In this document: positions 9,616 through 19,798 of the stretch, one piece after another | Layout: the number at the start of each line of letters is the position of its first letter | Numbering within the stretch: the stretch's first letter is position 1 | Assembly (NCBI GenBank): GCA_963824385.1 | Contig: CAWGPD010000004.1 | Span: 384,001 to 448,000 of the forward strand | From: an uncultured Nitrososphaerota archaeon | GTDB lineage: Archaea; Thermoproteota; Nitrososphaeria; Nitrososphaerales; Nitrosopumilaceae | DNA length: 64,000 bases | Direction of reading: 5' to 3' | Notes under the pieces: model-generated | What the model saw: the letters and a program-made list of their open reading frames with translations, nothing else | What the model was told of the DNA's origin: nothing | The model's database searches: none | Translations under genes and position numbers: made by a program

Positions 9616-9671
9616 ACAAATAAAATTCAGCAAATGCCTGTTATAATACATTTCAAAATATACAAAAAAAT

Positions 9672-10379
9672 CTAGGCGACTTCTTTTTCAGCCTTTTTTA
9701 CAAAGATGTAATTCATGGCAAGTCCTGCAATTACAGCTCCCAGTATTGGTCCTACCCAATACATCCAGTCATAGTTCCAGTATCCCGATATGAGTGCAGG
9801 TCCAAAAGTTCTTGCAGGATTTACACTTGCTCCAGTCAATGGTACACCTACCAAGTGTATCAAAAATATCATCCCACCAATTGCAAGACCATACATTCCA
9901 GCCGCTGCTTTTTTATGAACTGCAGTCATGAATATAACAGTCACCAAGAAGAAGGTAAGAATTGCCTCAACTGCAACTCCAGAAGCTGCGCTATTGTGCA
10001 AAAGAGCACTAGGTCCTGCTTGTGTACCATAGTTTATCTTTGAACCAATGTCTGGCAAAATTAGTTTAAACGTGGCAGCTGCTGCAATTGCCCCAATTAT
10101 CTGAAATATGATATACGCTATACCGTCTTTGATATTGATTCGTCTTGTAACTAACATGGATATAGTAACAGCGGGGTTGATATGAGCACCTGAAACATGC
10201 CCAAATGTGTAAACCATTAATCCAATTGCAGCACCATGTGCTAATGCTATCATGACTATGGCAGGAATTGAGAGTCCTGCACCAAATGCAACAACTGCAA
10301 GGCCAATGGACAAAGGTCCAAAGAAGACAAGACAGTATGTGGATATTGCTTCTGCAAGCCAAGCACGTGGATTAACCAT
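9672..10379 (-). CDS. Aquaporin (MIP family)
   Basis: SGAHINPAVT and SVNPARTFGP (two NPA motifs), six TM segments. Confidence 0.95.
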   Translation of the reverse strand: MVNPRAWLAEAISTYCLVFFGPLSIGLAVVAFGAGLSIPAIVMIALAHGAAIGLMVYTFGHVSGAHINPAVTISMLVTRRINIKDGIAYIIFQIIGAIAAAATFKLILPDIGSKINYGTQAGPSALLHNSAASGVAVEAILTFFLVTVIFMTAVHKKAAAGMYGLAIGGMIFLIHLVGVPLTGASVNPARTFGPALISGYWNYDWMYWVGPILGAVIAGLAMNYIFVKKAEKEVA

Positions 10380-10466
10380 TGATTACTCGACCTCTAAATA
10401 TACAATATAAAAGATTCGAATCAATCAGGCAAAAAATAAGTAGGGATAATCCAATTCATTTGTTAG

Positions 10467-10926
10467 ATGTTATCAGAAGGAGATCCAGTTCCAGATTTTG
10501 CACTAAAAGATTCAGAAGGTAAGACTGTAAAAAAATCAGATTCTCAAAGGAAAAAAATATGTTGTATACTTTTATCCTAAAGATTTCACTCCAGGATGCA
10601 CAACAGAGGCTGCCGAGTTTGCCCAAGATTACAAGAAATTCAAGACTGCAGGAATTGAGATTATAGGAATTAGTCCTGATGACGAAGAATCCCACAAAAA
10701 GTTTGGAGAAAAAATGAAAGTGCCTTTCATATTGCTTGCAGACACTGAAAAAGAGATATCAAAGAAATTTGGCGTTTGGGGAAAGAAGCAGTTTATGGGT
10801 CGTGAATACATGGGAGTAAATAGATCAACTTTTCTGGTTGATGAAAAAGGAAAAATATTAAAGGTTTTTGAAAAAGTAAAACCTGTAGGTCATGCACAAC
10901 AAGTGCTAGATGCCTTTAAGGCTTGA
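10467..10926 (+). CDS. bcp: Peroxiredoxin, BCP family (apparent frameshift near 10543)
   Basis: MLSEGDPVPDFALKD... then, one frame over, YFYPKDFTPGCTTEAAEF...RSTFLVD; no resolving Cys at +5. Confidence 0.85.
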
Positions 10927-12064
10927 ATCCTGCTGGAAGTGTAGTTCGGATTGTAGATTTTGGTTTTGGTGGCTCTGGAGTGGTGGAGGAGCTGTTGTTG
11001 TAGTAGTTGAACTACCAGTAAATTGTTTATCCATTGGATGATATGACAATCTTTTTCTTGTTGCAAAATACTTGTTGCCAGTATATCCTGTTGAGTGAAT
11101 CTGTGCATAAGCAGGTGCTACTTCTCCTGAACTTGGTTCATTGTAACTAGACTGTTGTGAAGATTCTGGTTTTGGAGATTCAGCTGGCTTTGGAGCTTCT
11201 GCTGGTTTGAATCCTGCAGGTAATGTACCATGAGTTGGACCTGATGCAGCTGGTCTTGGTTTTGCAGCTTCTGGTTTTGGTGCTTCAGCTGGCTTTGGAG
11301 ATTCTGATTTGAATCCGGCAGGTAAAGTACCGTGAGTTGGACCTGATGCAGCTGGTTTTGGTGGAGGTGGTGGTGCATGATGTGTCTCTTCTGCAGCATA
11401 TGTCTCTGCCACTTCAGAACCCTTTGCTTTCCACATTGACTTCTTTTCTTGTGGTTTCATACCTGCTGGCAATGTTCCACGTTGAGTCTTTGGTTCATCA
11501 TGTTCTGGTTCAGGTGCTGGTGGAGGAGCTGTTGTTGTAGTTTGAGTTGTAGTTGGACTACCAGTGAATTGTTTGTCCATTGGATGATATGACAATCTTT
11601 TTCTTGTTGCAAAATACTTGTTGCCAGTATATCCTGTTGAGCTGAATCTGTGCATAAGCAGGTGCTACTTCTCCCAAGTTTGGTTCATTGTAACTAGACT
11701 GTTGTGAAGATTCTGGTTTTGGAGATTCAGCTGGCTTTGGAGCTTCTGCTGGTTTGAATCCTGCAGGTAATGTACCATGAGTTGGACCTGATGCAGCTGG
11801 TCTTGGTTTTGCAGCTTCTGGTTTTGGTGCTTCAGCTGGCTTTGGAGATTCTGATTTGAATCCTGCTGGTAAAGTACCACGAGTTGAACCTGATGCAGCT
11901 GGTTTTGGCGCTGGTTTTGAAGTCTCAGATGTCTTAACCTGAGATGATAAATTAGAAAGCTTTGCTTCAAGCTCTGCTATTTTAGATTCTAGTTCGGCAG
12001 TGTTGGATCCTTCTGAAACTTTTTTAGTAGAACGTGTTTTTTTTGGCTGTGATTCTTTGGACAT
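10916..12064 (-). CDS. Pro/Ala/Glu/Lys-rich repetitive protein with N-terminal coiled coil (two apparent frameshifts, near 11642 and 10980)
   Basis: Listed ORFs 11558..12064 and 10906..11655 join after removing one base; repeated (H/R)GTLPAGFK and two YTGNKYFATRKRLSYHPMDKQFTG modules; corrected end TLPAGFKP*. Confidence 0.75.
11010..11908. repeat. Intragenic near-identical direct repeat, about 350 bp, 546-547 bp apart
   Basis: About 11010-11360 vs 11556-11908; e.g. ccattggatgatatgacaatc at 11031 and 11577. Confidence 0.9.
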
Positions 12065-12167
12065 GTTATAGTTGTGTGATATAGCAGTTTATTTACATTT
12101 TGATCAAGTTCAGATCTGATAGGCTGAGCATAGAAGTTTTATATGAAGCAGGAGCGTATTTTAGGCG

Positions 12168-12545
12168 TTGGACGACTTTGAGAAGGAATATCCAGGCTTT
12201 GACTGGAAAAACATCCCAGCATACAAGCATCCAGGAGGAAGAAATTGTCCATGTCCAAAGCATGAATTTATTCGAGAACAAGTAGGTGTAGCAAGGACTG
12301 TAAGCCAGACATCAAAGGAGGCAAGCAATATCACACTCAAGTTTTGCCCCGATCATTACAAAGTATACCTTACTGAAGTAATTCCATCCATGCCGCTAAA
12401 GTATAGAATTTTAACAAAAATTGCACTAAAAATAGGTGCGATTAAGATTGAACAATTAAAGTACATGCAATCAGACCAATGTTTTTACTGCAGATTTGGC
12501 TCTGGTGGGCATGACAAGAAAAACGAGCTTCCTCCCATTTCCTAA
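12168..12545 (+). CDS. Hypothetical Cys/His-rich protein
   Basis: CPCPKH, FCPDH and CFYC motifs. Confidence 0.7.
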   Translation: MDDFEKEYPGFDWKNIPAYKHPGGRNCPCPKHEFIREQVGVARTVSQTSKEASNITLKFCPDHYKVYLTEVIPSMPLKYRILTKIALKIGAIKIEQLKYMQSDQCFYCRFGSGGHDKKNELPPIS

Positions 12546-12772
12546 ATTGGACTGATCAAGACTTTGGGTTTGTTTGGCGTGTCATGATGACATTTTTTTC
12601 CACATAATGGACAGGTTATCCTGTCAAGAAAGATACATTGACAGATATGAGATTTCATATAGCTGTCAGCAGTTTTAGAAAACTCACCTGTTCCGTTACA
12701 AAATGAGCACTGGGTATCAAGAAGTAGAATTTTTCCCTGACCTCCACAAACTGCACATTTTTGTTCGGTCAA
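12542..12772 (-). CDS. Small Cys-rich zinc-finger protein
   Basis: Two DnaJ-type CxxCxGxG repeats plus HICQC...CPLCGKKCHH. Confidence 0.75.
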   Translation of the reverse strand: MTEQKCAVCGGQGKILLLDTQCSFCNGTGEFSKTADSYMKSHICQCIFLDRITCPLCGKKCHHDTPNKPKVLISPI

Positions 12773-12884
12773 CTTGATGGCATTCCCTCTTTAGGATAAT
12801 TAAAGTTCTTTTGTTAGAACTTTTTTTTCAGGCATTAGATGAGAATCTAGTTAAGCTTATACAATATACAAATCCAGTAAAGAC

Positions 12885-14327
12885 GTGCCTATTGAAGACA
12901 TTTCAGAGTTTGTTGAAAAATTAGATAAAGCAGGTGAACTTAGAAGAGTAAAAACACAAGTTGATACAAACCTTGAGATCTCTGAAATTCTAAGCAGGGT
13001 GATGTATTCCAATGGTCCGGCTATACTTTTTGAAAATGTCAAAAATTATGACATGCCAGTTCTAGCAAACGCATTTGGTTCTCTGAAGAGACTTGAGATA
13101 GGATTGGAGACTACAGACTTTACTGAAATAGGTCAAAGAATTGTAGATATAACAAAGATGGAGATGCCTACTGGAATTTTTGACAAGCTAAGAAAACTTC
13201 CAGAACTCTCAAAGATGGCAGACATTGCACCAAAGCTGCAAAAGAGCGGTCCTGTCACAGAAGTAATAGAGGATGTACCATCATTTGACAAGATTCCAAT
13301 TCTTAAAACATGGCCAAAGGATGCAGGCAAGTTTATCACATTTGGACTAGTTGCCACTCGTCATCCTGAAACGGGTATAAGAAATCTTGGAGTATACAGG
13401 ATGCAGATTCTTGATAATACCCATGCACTCATGCATTGGCAAAAACACAAACGCGGTGCACATCATTATGATATCAAAAAAGATTCCGGAAGTAAGATAG
13501 AAGTTGCAATAATAATTGGAGGAGATCCTGCTACAGTATTTTCTGCAGTAACTCCTGTACCAGAAGGACTAGACAAGTATGTCTTTTCTGGAATTACAAG
13601 AAAAACAGGAATCAAGACAGTAAAATGCAAAACAGTTGATCTTGAAGTTCCTGCCAATGCAGAGATAGTATTGGAAGGATATGTTGACCCGTCAGATATC
13701 AGAATGGAAGGGCCGTTTGGAGACCATACAGGATACTATACACCGCCCGAACCATATCCCGTATTTACATTAACTGGAGTGATGCGAAGACAAAAACCGA
13801 TTTATCTAACAACTATAGTTGGAAAACCAATACTGGAAGATGCATATATTGGAAAGGTAATTGAGCGTTCATTTTTACCTCTAATCAAAATGTTTCATCC
13901 AGAGGTTGTGGATTTTTCAATGCCTGCTTCAGGATGGTTCCAAGGCATGGCAATTATATCAATCAAGAAAAGATACCCAGGACAGGCAAAAAAAGTCATG
14001 ATGGGCCTTTGGGGAATGGGCCAGCTTGCACTAACTAAATTCTTTGTAGTAGTTGATGAAGATGTAAACGTACATGACCTAAATAATGTAATTTGGGCAA
14101 TTACTACAAGGGCAGATGCTGCAAGAGATACTACAATAATTAACAACACTCCAACAGATACACTTGATCCTGCATCTCCACTTGTAAACTTGGGCTCTAA
14201 ACTTGGAATTGATGCAACCCAGAAAACAAAGGAAGAAGGATACCAAAGAGAGATACAAGAACTTGTAAAATCAGACGAGGTTACAAAAAAGACAGTAGAC
14301 TCTAAGTGGTCAAGCTATGGCATCTAG
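12885..14327 (+). CDS. ubiD: UbiD-family decarboxylase (menaquinone biosynthesis)
   Basis: NLGVYRMQ, EGPFGDHTGYY, DTLDPAS, KLGIDAT. Confidence 0.92.
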   Translation: MPIEDISEFVEKLDKAGELRRVKTQVDTNLEISEILSRVMYSNGPAILFENVKNYDMPVLANAFGSLKRLEIGLETTDFTEIGQRIVDITKMEMPTGIFDKLRKLPELSKMADIAPKLQKSGPVTEVIEDVPSFDKIPILKTWPKDAGKFITFGLVATRHPETGIRNLGVYRMQILDNTHALMHWQKHKRGAHHYDIKKDSGSKIEVAIIIGGDPATVFSAVTPVPEGLDKYVFSGITRKTGIKTVKCKTVDLEVPANAEIVLEGYVDPSDIRMEGPFGDHTGYYTPPEPYPVFTLTGVMRRQKPIYLTTIVGKPILEDAYIGKVIERSFLPLIKMFHPEVVDFSMPASGWFQGMAIISIKKRYPGQAKKVMMGLWGMGQLALTKFFVVVDEDVNVHDLNNVIWAITTRADAARDTTIINNTPTDTLDPASPLVNLGSKLGIDATQKTKEEGYQREIQELVKSDEVTKKTVDSKWSSYGI

Positions 14328-15442
14328 TATGTTCTAACTATATTATAGAAATTATCGCGTTCGTCAACATTATACCCTATCTGTTTTACTGCCTGAATAA
14401 TTTTTGCGCCAGTAAGCTCTGTAGAACGAGCCCCCGTACAAGATACAACTTCCTCACCAAGAAGCGTTCCACCAAAGTCATCGGCTCCATATTGCAATGC
14501 CATTTGTGCCATTGCAACTCCATTTGTAAGCCATGAAGATTGGATATGAGAAATTAATCCATTATACATTATTCTAGATATTGCAATCATCTTTAGAAGT
14601 TGAGTTCCACCTGCAGCATATTGCACAGTTTCTTGCTTTTGCATCAATGTGTTATTTGGCTCAAAACTCCATGGGATAAATGCCATGAAACCGTTTGTCT
14701 TTTCTTGCAATTTTGCAATTTTTACAAAGTGTTCTGCAATGTCATCTTTAGTTTCAACATGTCCATACATCATGGTAGCAGATGCCGGAATTCCAAGACC
14801 ATGTGCCTCTTCCATTATCCTAAGCCATGTATCACTTGAGATCTTTTTTGGACTGATGATTTGCTTTACTTTGTCAACTAGAATCTCAGCACCCGCACCT
14901 GGAATTGATTGCATTCCAGATTCTTTTAGTCTTGATAAAACCTCTTTTGTACTGGTATGTTCAACTTTTGAGATCATATCAATCTCAGATGCAGAGAGTC
15001 CATGAACTCCGACTTTGGGAAATTTTTTTCTTATCAACTTGAATGCATCTTCAAAATATTCAATGTGAAGAGATGGGTTGTGTCCTCCCTGAAACATCAC
15101 TTGTGTTACACCAAACATATCCCAGGCGGCTTTAACTCTGGATTCTATTTGATCAAGTGTTACAGTATAAGACTCCTCATGACCAGGAGGTCTGTAAAAC
15201 GCACAAAATTTACAATCTGTTATACACACATTTGTATAATTTAAAATCATATTATTTACAAAAGAAGAACGTAGTCCAAACTTTTTTCTTGTCAGGTAAC
15301 CTGCAACAAGTCCCATCAGATGCACATCATTAGAATCCAATAGTCTTCTACATTCTTCAATACCTGGCCTTTTACCAACAAGAGAATTTTCTAATATATC
15401 ACCAATTTGAGAATGATGAAGTTGTTCTGTCAGTTGACTCAA
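14324..15442 (-). CDS. mqnC: Radical SAM CofH/MqnC-family protein, likely dehypoxanthine futalosine cyclase
   Basis: NYTNVCITDCKFCAF (CxxxCxxC), PGAGAEIL, ATMMYGHVE, IQSSW, GADDFGGT. Confidence 0.85.
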   Translation of the reverse strand: MSQLTEQLHHSQIGDILENSLVGKRPGIEECRRLLDSNDVHLMGLVAGYLTRKKFGLRSSFVNNMILNYTNVCITDCKFCAFYRPPGHEESYTVTLDQIESRVKAAWDMFGVTQVMFQGGHNPSLHIEYFEDAFKLIRKKFPKVGVHGLSASEIDMISKVEHTSTKEVLSRLKESGMQSIPGAGAEILVDKVKQIISPKKISSDTWLRIMEEAHGLGIPASATMMYGHVETKDDIAEHFVKIAKLQEKTNGFMAFIPWSFEPNNTLMQKQETVQYAAGGTQLLKMIAISRIMYNGLISHIQSSWLTNGVAMAQMALQYGADDFGGTLLGEEVVSCTGARSTELTGAKIIQAVKQIGYNVDERDNFYNIVRTY

Positions 15443-15610
15443 TTGACTGTGTTTTCCTTTTATTGTATTTAATCCTTTGAAAGTAAAATAATTTTAAAAA
15501 AAAGTATTCATACAATTCGGATTTTGATTACAGTTTTTACAGATATCAAAATAGAAATCCGTTGTATTTTCCCGCTATTTTTAAGTAGGGCACAGCAACG
15601 ATTAACTCCA

Positions 15611-16393
15611 ATGGTAACTGGCCACCAGATTCGAATGAATCGTATTCTACGCAATGGCAAGATGCTTTGCATACCTATGGATCATGGGATATCTAGTGGC
15701 CCACTAAAAGGAATTGAGGACCCTTTTGCTTTGATTTACAATTGCCAACATTTTGGACTTACTTCGGTCATAATCAATAAAGGAATTTTTAAGAATTTGC
15801 CAAAACCCACCAAGATTGGGCTTATTGTGCATTTTTCAGGTAGCACTTCGCTTTCCATGTCACCAAACAGAAAGATGTTGACAGGCTCAGTTGAAGAGGC
15901 ATTACGATTAGGTGCTGACGGAGTTTCACTTCATATCAACATAGGCGGAAAAGAAGAACCAGAAATGATAGAGCAACTTGGCAGAATTGCAGATGACTGT
16001 CATAAATGGAGTATGCCTCTTTTAGCAATGATGTATCCGCGAGGCGAGAATATCAAGAATCCTCACGACCCAGAAATAGTTGGACATGTTGCAAGAATTG
16101 GAGCAGAATGCGGTGCAGATATTGTAAAGACACTTTACACAGGAGACATTGATTCATTTAAAAAAATTGTCAAGAGCACTCCAGTACCTATTGTAATAGC
16201 AGGAGGCCCCAAGGCAAAGACAGACAAGGATGTATTACTAATGACTCAAGAAGCTATGGAGGCTGGAGCCAAAGGAGTAACATATGGTAGAAATATTTTT
16301 GAGCATAAAGATCCAGGTAAGATGACCCGAGCTCTTTCTGCAATAATATTTAGTAAAGAATCAGCAAAGGATGCAGCGAAGTATCTTGAGTAA
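15611..16393 (+). CDS. aroA': 2-amino-3,7-dideoxy-D-threo-hept-6-ulosonate synthase (AroA', class I aldolase fold)
   Basis: PMDHG, MMYPRG, GADIVKT, AGGPK, YGRNIF; directly upstream of DHQ synthase II. Confidence 0.9.
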   Translation: MVTGHQIRMNRILRNGKMLCIPMDHGISSGPLKGIEDPFALIYNCQHFGLTSVIINKGIFKNLPKPTKIGLIVHFSGSTSLSMSPNRKMLTGSVEEALRLGADGVSLHINIGGKEEPEMIEQLGRIADDCHKWSMPLLAMMYPRGENIKNPHDPEIVGHVARIGAECGADIVKTLYTGDIDSFKKIVKSTPVPIVIAGGPKAKTDKDVLLMTQEAMEAGAKGVTYGRNIFEHKDPGKMTRALSAIIFSKESAKDAAKYLE

Positions 16394-17443
16394 GAACAGG
16401 GAATTAATCATAGCCCCAAAAATTTCAAGGGGTCAGATTGCCAAATTTTTGTCTGAGATAGAAAAAGAAGGAATCAAGATTGTAAATATAGATCCCAACA
16501 GCATCAAAGGAATCAAGACAAAACTTTCTACAATACATACTTCTACAAATGCAGATTATGTTATAGTTGACAAGGTTACAAAACTTCGAGGTAAAAAGAC
16601 TGGAATGAAGTTCAAGGTTCTTTCAAATACAGATATAGAAAAAATACTGTCATTTGCAAAGGCAGGGTTAGATTTTGTCATAATTGAGGTAAAAGACTGG
16701 AAAATAATTCCCTTGGAGAACATCATAGCAAAACTACACAAGATTCACACAAAGGTATTTGCTGTAGCCAACACCCCAGACGAGGCCCGTAAGATGTTTT
16801 CAATCTTAGAGATAGGAGTAGACGGAGTCATATTTTCAACCAATTCATTAAACGAGGTAAAAGAGACACTTGTCTACCTTGGTTCAAAGAGTTTTGATCT
16901 CAAGTCTGCTAAAATTTTAGAGATAAAGGAGGTTGGAAATGGCGAACGTGTCTGTGTTGATACTGCCTCAATGCTAGGACGGGGTGAAGGAATGCTGATT
17001 GGTAGCAGGGCAAATTTTCTCTTTCTTGTACATAACGAGTCAGTTGGTTCATCATTTACATCGCCAAGACCTTTTAGAGTAAATGCAGGTGCAGTACATT
17101 GCTACACTTTATCCCCAGATGGAACAACAAATTATTTATCAGAATTAGAAACTGGCTCAGAAGTTCTTGTCATAGATTCACATGGCAAGGCAAGAAGAGA
17201 GCTACAGTTGGTCGTTCCAAAATAGAGAGCAGACCCATGCTAATGATTAAAGCACAAATTGGAAATGAGATTGGTGGAATAATTGCACAAAATGCCGAGA
17301 CAATTCGCTTTGTACGTCCAGATGGTCACCTTGTCTCAGTCACACATCTAAAGAAAGGAGACACTGTCCTTGCATATTCAAAACCTGCAACAGGAAGACA
17401 TTTTGGCATGGAAGTAGACGATGAATATATCATAGAAAAATAG
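16386..17443 (+). CDS. aroB': 3-dehydroquinate synthase II (apparent frameshift near 17200)
   Basis: DWKIIPLENIIA, RVCVDT, RPFRVNAGAVH, then VGRSKIESRP...QNAETIR...GRHFG in the next frame. Confidence 0.92.
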
Positions 17444-17513
17444 TTTTTTACACACAATACAAATTTAAAAAAAGTTGTAAAATTCTTATACAGATATACA
17501 ATAAGATAATCCA

Positions 17514-17675
17514 TTGAACCTACGTTGCAATATATGTGCCATAGAGATTGATGAAAAGGAAGTAGATTCTCATGTAGGTACACCCCAGCATCTAGAGAAC
17601 AAATCAAAAATTTCTACGAACGGAAAAGGTTTAGACAAGAGTGTTACAGACATGTGGTACAATTCATTAGGCTAA
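17514..17675 (+). CDS. 53-aa CxxC-x11-H-x5-H zinc-finger microprotein
   Basis: TTG start; MNLRCNICAIEIDEKEVDSHVGTPQHLENKSKISTNGKGLDKSVTDMWYNSLG. Confidence 0.65.
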   Translation: MNLRCNICAIEIDEKEVDSHVGTPQHLENKSKISTNGKGLDKSVTDMWYNSLG

Positions 17676-17707
17676 AAATATCATTTATAGAAAAATAAAA
17701 AAATGTG

Positions 17708-17911
17708 TCACTCGAATTTCTTTTTAAGCTGAATTATTTCAGCCATCTCTTCTTTGAGATGTCTTTTCAAAAGAGACTCGTGTTCTCTTTTATGTCTCCA
17801 GTACAAATTCATGACAGATTGTCTGGATTTGGCATGCTTTAATGCAGCAGTGTATTTTCTGTGACTTTGTTCAACAATTCGGAAATACGATTTGCTGTTA
17901 GAAGTTACCAT
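17708..17911 (-). CDS. Small basic His-rich helical hypothetical protein
   Basis: 67-aa ORF filling the intergenic gap. Confidence 0.55.
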   Translation of the reverse strand: MVTSNSKSYFRIVEQSHRKYTAALKHAKSRQSVMNLYWRHKREHESLLKRHLKEEMAEIIQLKKKFE

Positions 17912-17976
17912 ATGTGAATTTTTGATTCTTAATAGATAACCTTTCCTATTTAGTAAAGTTCATTCATGTAAAAAAT

Positions 17977-18828
17977 CTACAATGGTTCTGGTTTTTTCCA
18001 GTTAGGAACCAATTGCATCTTACGAAGGGAGGGCGGCTCTAGAGTCCTTTTCTTGGCAATTTTGACGTATTTTGATGATTTGTCTACCCCAATGTATTTT
18101 CGGTGGAGAAATCTTGCCATCTTTGTGGTTTGGCCACTCCCAACAAACGGATCAAGTACAGTATCACCCATGTTACTATAAAGTTGGATTAAACGGTAAG
18201 GTATCTCTTCTGGAAATGCAGCAGGATGAAATCGCCTATAGCTTGGCGGCATTGGAGCTATGTGCCAGATTGAATTTGCAATTTCTTTTTTCATCAAATC
18301 ATTAAGGACCAATTTACTTTTTTTGTCTTTGAAATTATGAAATGGCATTTTTCGCAGAATTATAATTTGTTCATGCATAATATTTGGATAATAATACGTA
18401 GGATAAGGATGCTGAACTGTTACTCTGAATCTTTTTTTTCCGCCAGTAACTTTATTCCATATTATTTCTTCAAAAAAATACCAGCCAATTTCTTTCTTGG
18501 ATAACTCTACAAGAAGTAATGCAGGAAGTGGAAGTTTACTTTTTCCTTCAATGATTTCATTTCCTATCACAATACAGCAAAATCCCCCAGGTTTAGTTAC
18601 ACGATAAACTTCAGAAAAAACACTTTTCATCTCTTCAAGCCAGTCTTCAATTGATACCTCAACAGTTCCACGATACCATTTCTTTGTATCCTGGTGTTCT
18701 TGGTAGTTTATTGCGTTATGATATGGTGGAGATGTTACAGTTAATGCAATTGTATTGTCTTTTATCTGAGAAAGATCTTTTGAATTTCCAATCATTACAG
18801 AATTTGGCTTCCACATTACCTTCCTCAA
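17977..18828 (-). CDS. Site-specific DNA methyltransferase (N4-C/N6-A, beta class)
   Basis: Catalytic TSPPY before HPAAFPEE and SAM-binding VLDPFVGSGQT. Confidence 0.9.
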   Translation of the reverse strand: MRKVMWKPNSVMIGNSKDLSQIKDNTIALTVTSPPYHNAINYQEHQDTKKWYRGTVEVSIEDWLEEMKSVFSEVYRVTKPGGFCCIVIGNEIIEGKSKLPLPALLLVELSKKEIGWYFFEEIIWNKVTGGKKRFRVTVQHPYPTYYYPNIMHEQIIILRKMPFHNFKDKKSKLVLNDLMKKEIANSIWHIAPMPPSYRRFHPAAFPEEIPYRLIQLYSNMGDTVLDPFVGSGQTTKMARFLHRKYIGVDKSSKYVKIAKKRTLEPPSLRKMQLVPNWKKPEPL

Positions 18829-18899
18829 TTGTTTTAATATTTAACAGTTGTAAAAATAGAAAAAACATTTTCACATAAAATTAAAACAAAGAAAATCAG

Positions 18900-18926
18900 C
18901 TAAAACATGTCACGCGCATGTTTTAG
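18900..18926 (-). terminator. Hairpin just after the alba stop, followed by a U-rich tract
   Basis: CTAAAACATG-tcacgcg-CATGTTTTAG, perfect 10-bp stem. Confidence 0.5.
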
Positions 18927-18930
18927 ACGA

Positions 18931-19230
18931 TCATGAAGTTTTCTTTACTTCTATTTCTATAGTGGATACATTTCTTGACCTTCCGTCCAATGATTGAAGT
19001 TGCTCTGATCCTATTTTTATTTCTCCTATAGAATATCCTCCAGAAGTATCAGCCCTTCTTGCAATTATTTGTGCAACATCTACTGCTCTACCTATGCTAA
19101 GCCCTCTTGCTTTTATTGAGACTCGCGGATTGTTGGCTAGTTGGATTAGTGCAGATGTTACATATGCCATTATGGGCTTTTTTCCTATGAAGACTGTGTC
19201 TTTTGCGTCGCGTCGTTCGTCTCTACTCAT
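18931..19230 (-). CDS. albA: DNA/RNA-binding protein Alba
   Basis: VFIGKKPIMAYV, IKARGLSIGRAVDVA, NVSTIEI. Confidence 0.95.
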   Translation of the reverse strand: MSRDERRDAKDTVFIGKKPIMAYVTSALIQLANNPRVSIKARGLSIGRAVDVAQIIARRADTSGGYSIGEIKIGSEQLQSLDGRSRNVSTIEIEVKKTS

Positions 19231-19477
19231 GTATATCCTCTGGAAATGATCGTTTCATAAAAGTTTCTTCCACAAGGAGGACATCCGCCAGATATGCAAT
19301 AGATCACACCAGTCATTGGATAAATTACACCATGAAAAATACATCTAAAATCAGATCTTGTCAAAATAAAGTCGTCAGAATAACATGAATTTTTAGATCT
19401 GATAATGAAAATTCTTTATTAAATTTACGAAGAATTTGATGCTAATCTAAATATACTAGTGAAATGTAGTTCAACTA

Positions 19478-19783
19478 ATGTTTAACCAACAAATTAAGAT
19501 AGGTTTGGTCGCAATAGTATTAATGGCAATCATGGTTTCTGCAGGAACAGCATTACCAGCTGCAAATGCACTAACACCAAGTACAATATACTATCAACAC
19601 AGCCACAAAACAGATAGATTTCCAGGTGGACAACACATCTGTGGAGAGCAACTATGTTCACCAGATGTTTGGTCAAAAATGGATAATGCACTTAACAAAT
19701 CACAACACAATGCAAGCATTTGCTCTGATTTGAAAGCATGGATATACTGTGGCCAACATGTCACTGCACCAAAGACTTCCTAA
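19478..19783 (+). CDS. Small secreted protein with four Cys
   Basis: Signal peptide ending ...PAANA; ICGEQLCS. Confidence 0.65.
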   Translation: MFNQQIKIGLVAIVLMAIMVSAGTALPAANALTPSTIYYQHSHKTDRFPGGQHICGEQLCSPDVWSKMDNALNKSQHNASICSDLKAWIYCGQHVTAPKTS

Positions 19784-19798
19784 GTCATCTAAAATACA

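Noticed and set aside
9481..9675. 64-aa ORF
   Set aside because: Antisense to tRNA-Arg; a shadow ORF.
10890..11970. Gln/Asn/Leu-rich ORFs (10890..11108, 11118..11399, 11665..11970, 11337..11540) and a possible CRISPR-like reading of the repeats
   Set aside because: Alternate-frame products of the coding repeat (the 3' end of 10890..11108 aside); repeats are codon-phased with no unique spacers and no cas genes.
19350..19403. ATCAGATCT...AGATCTGAT inverted repeat between alba and the secreted protein
   Set aside because: Only 9 bp, largely self-palindromic, with no supporting context.
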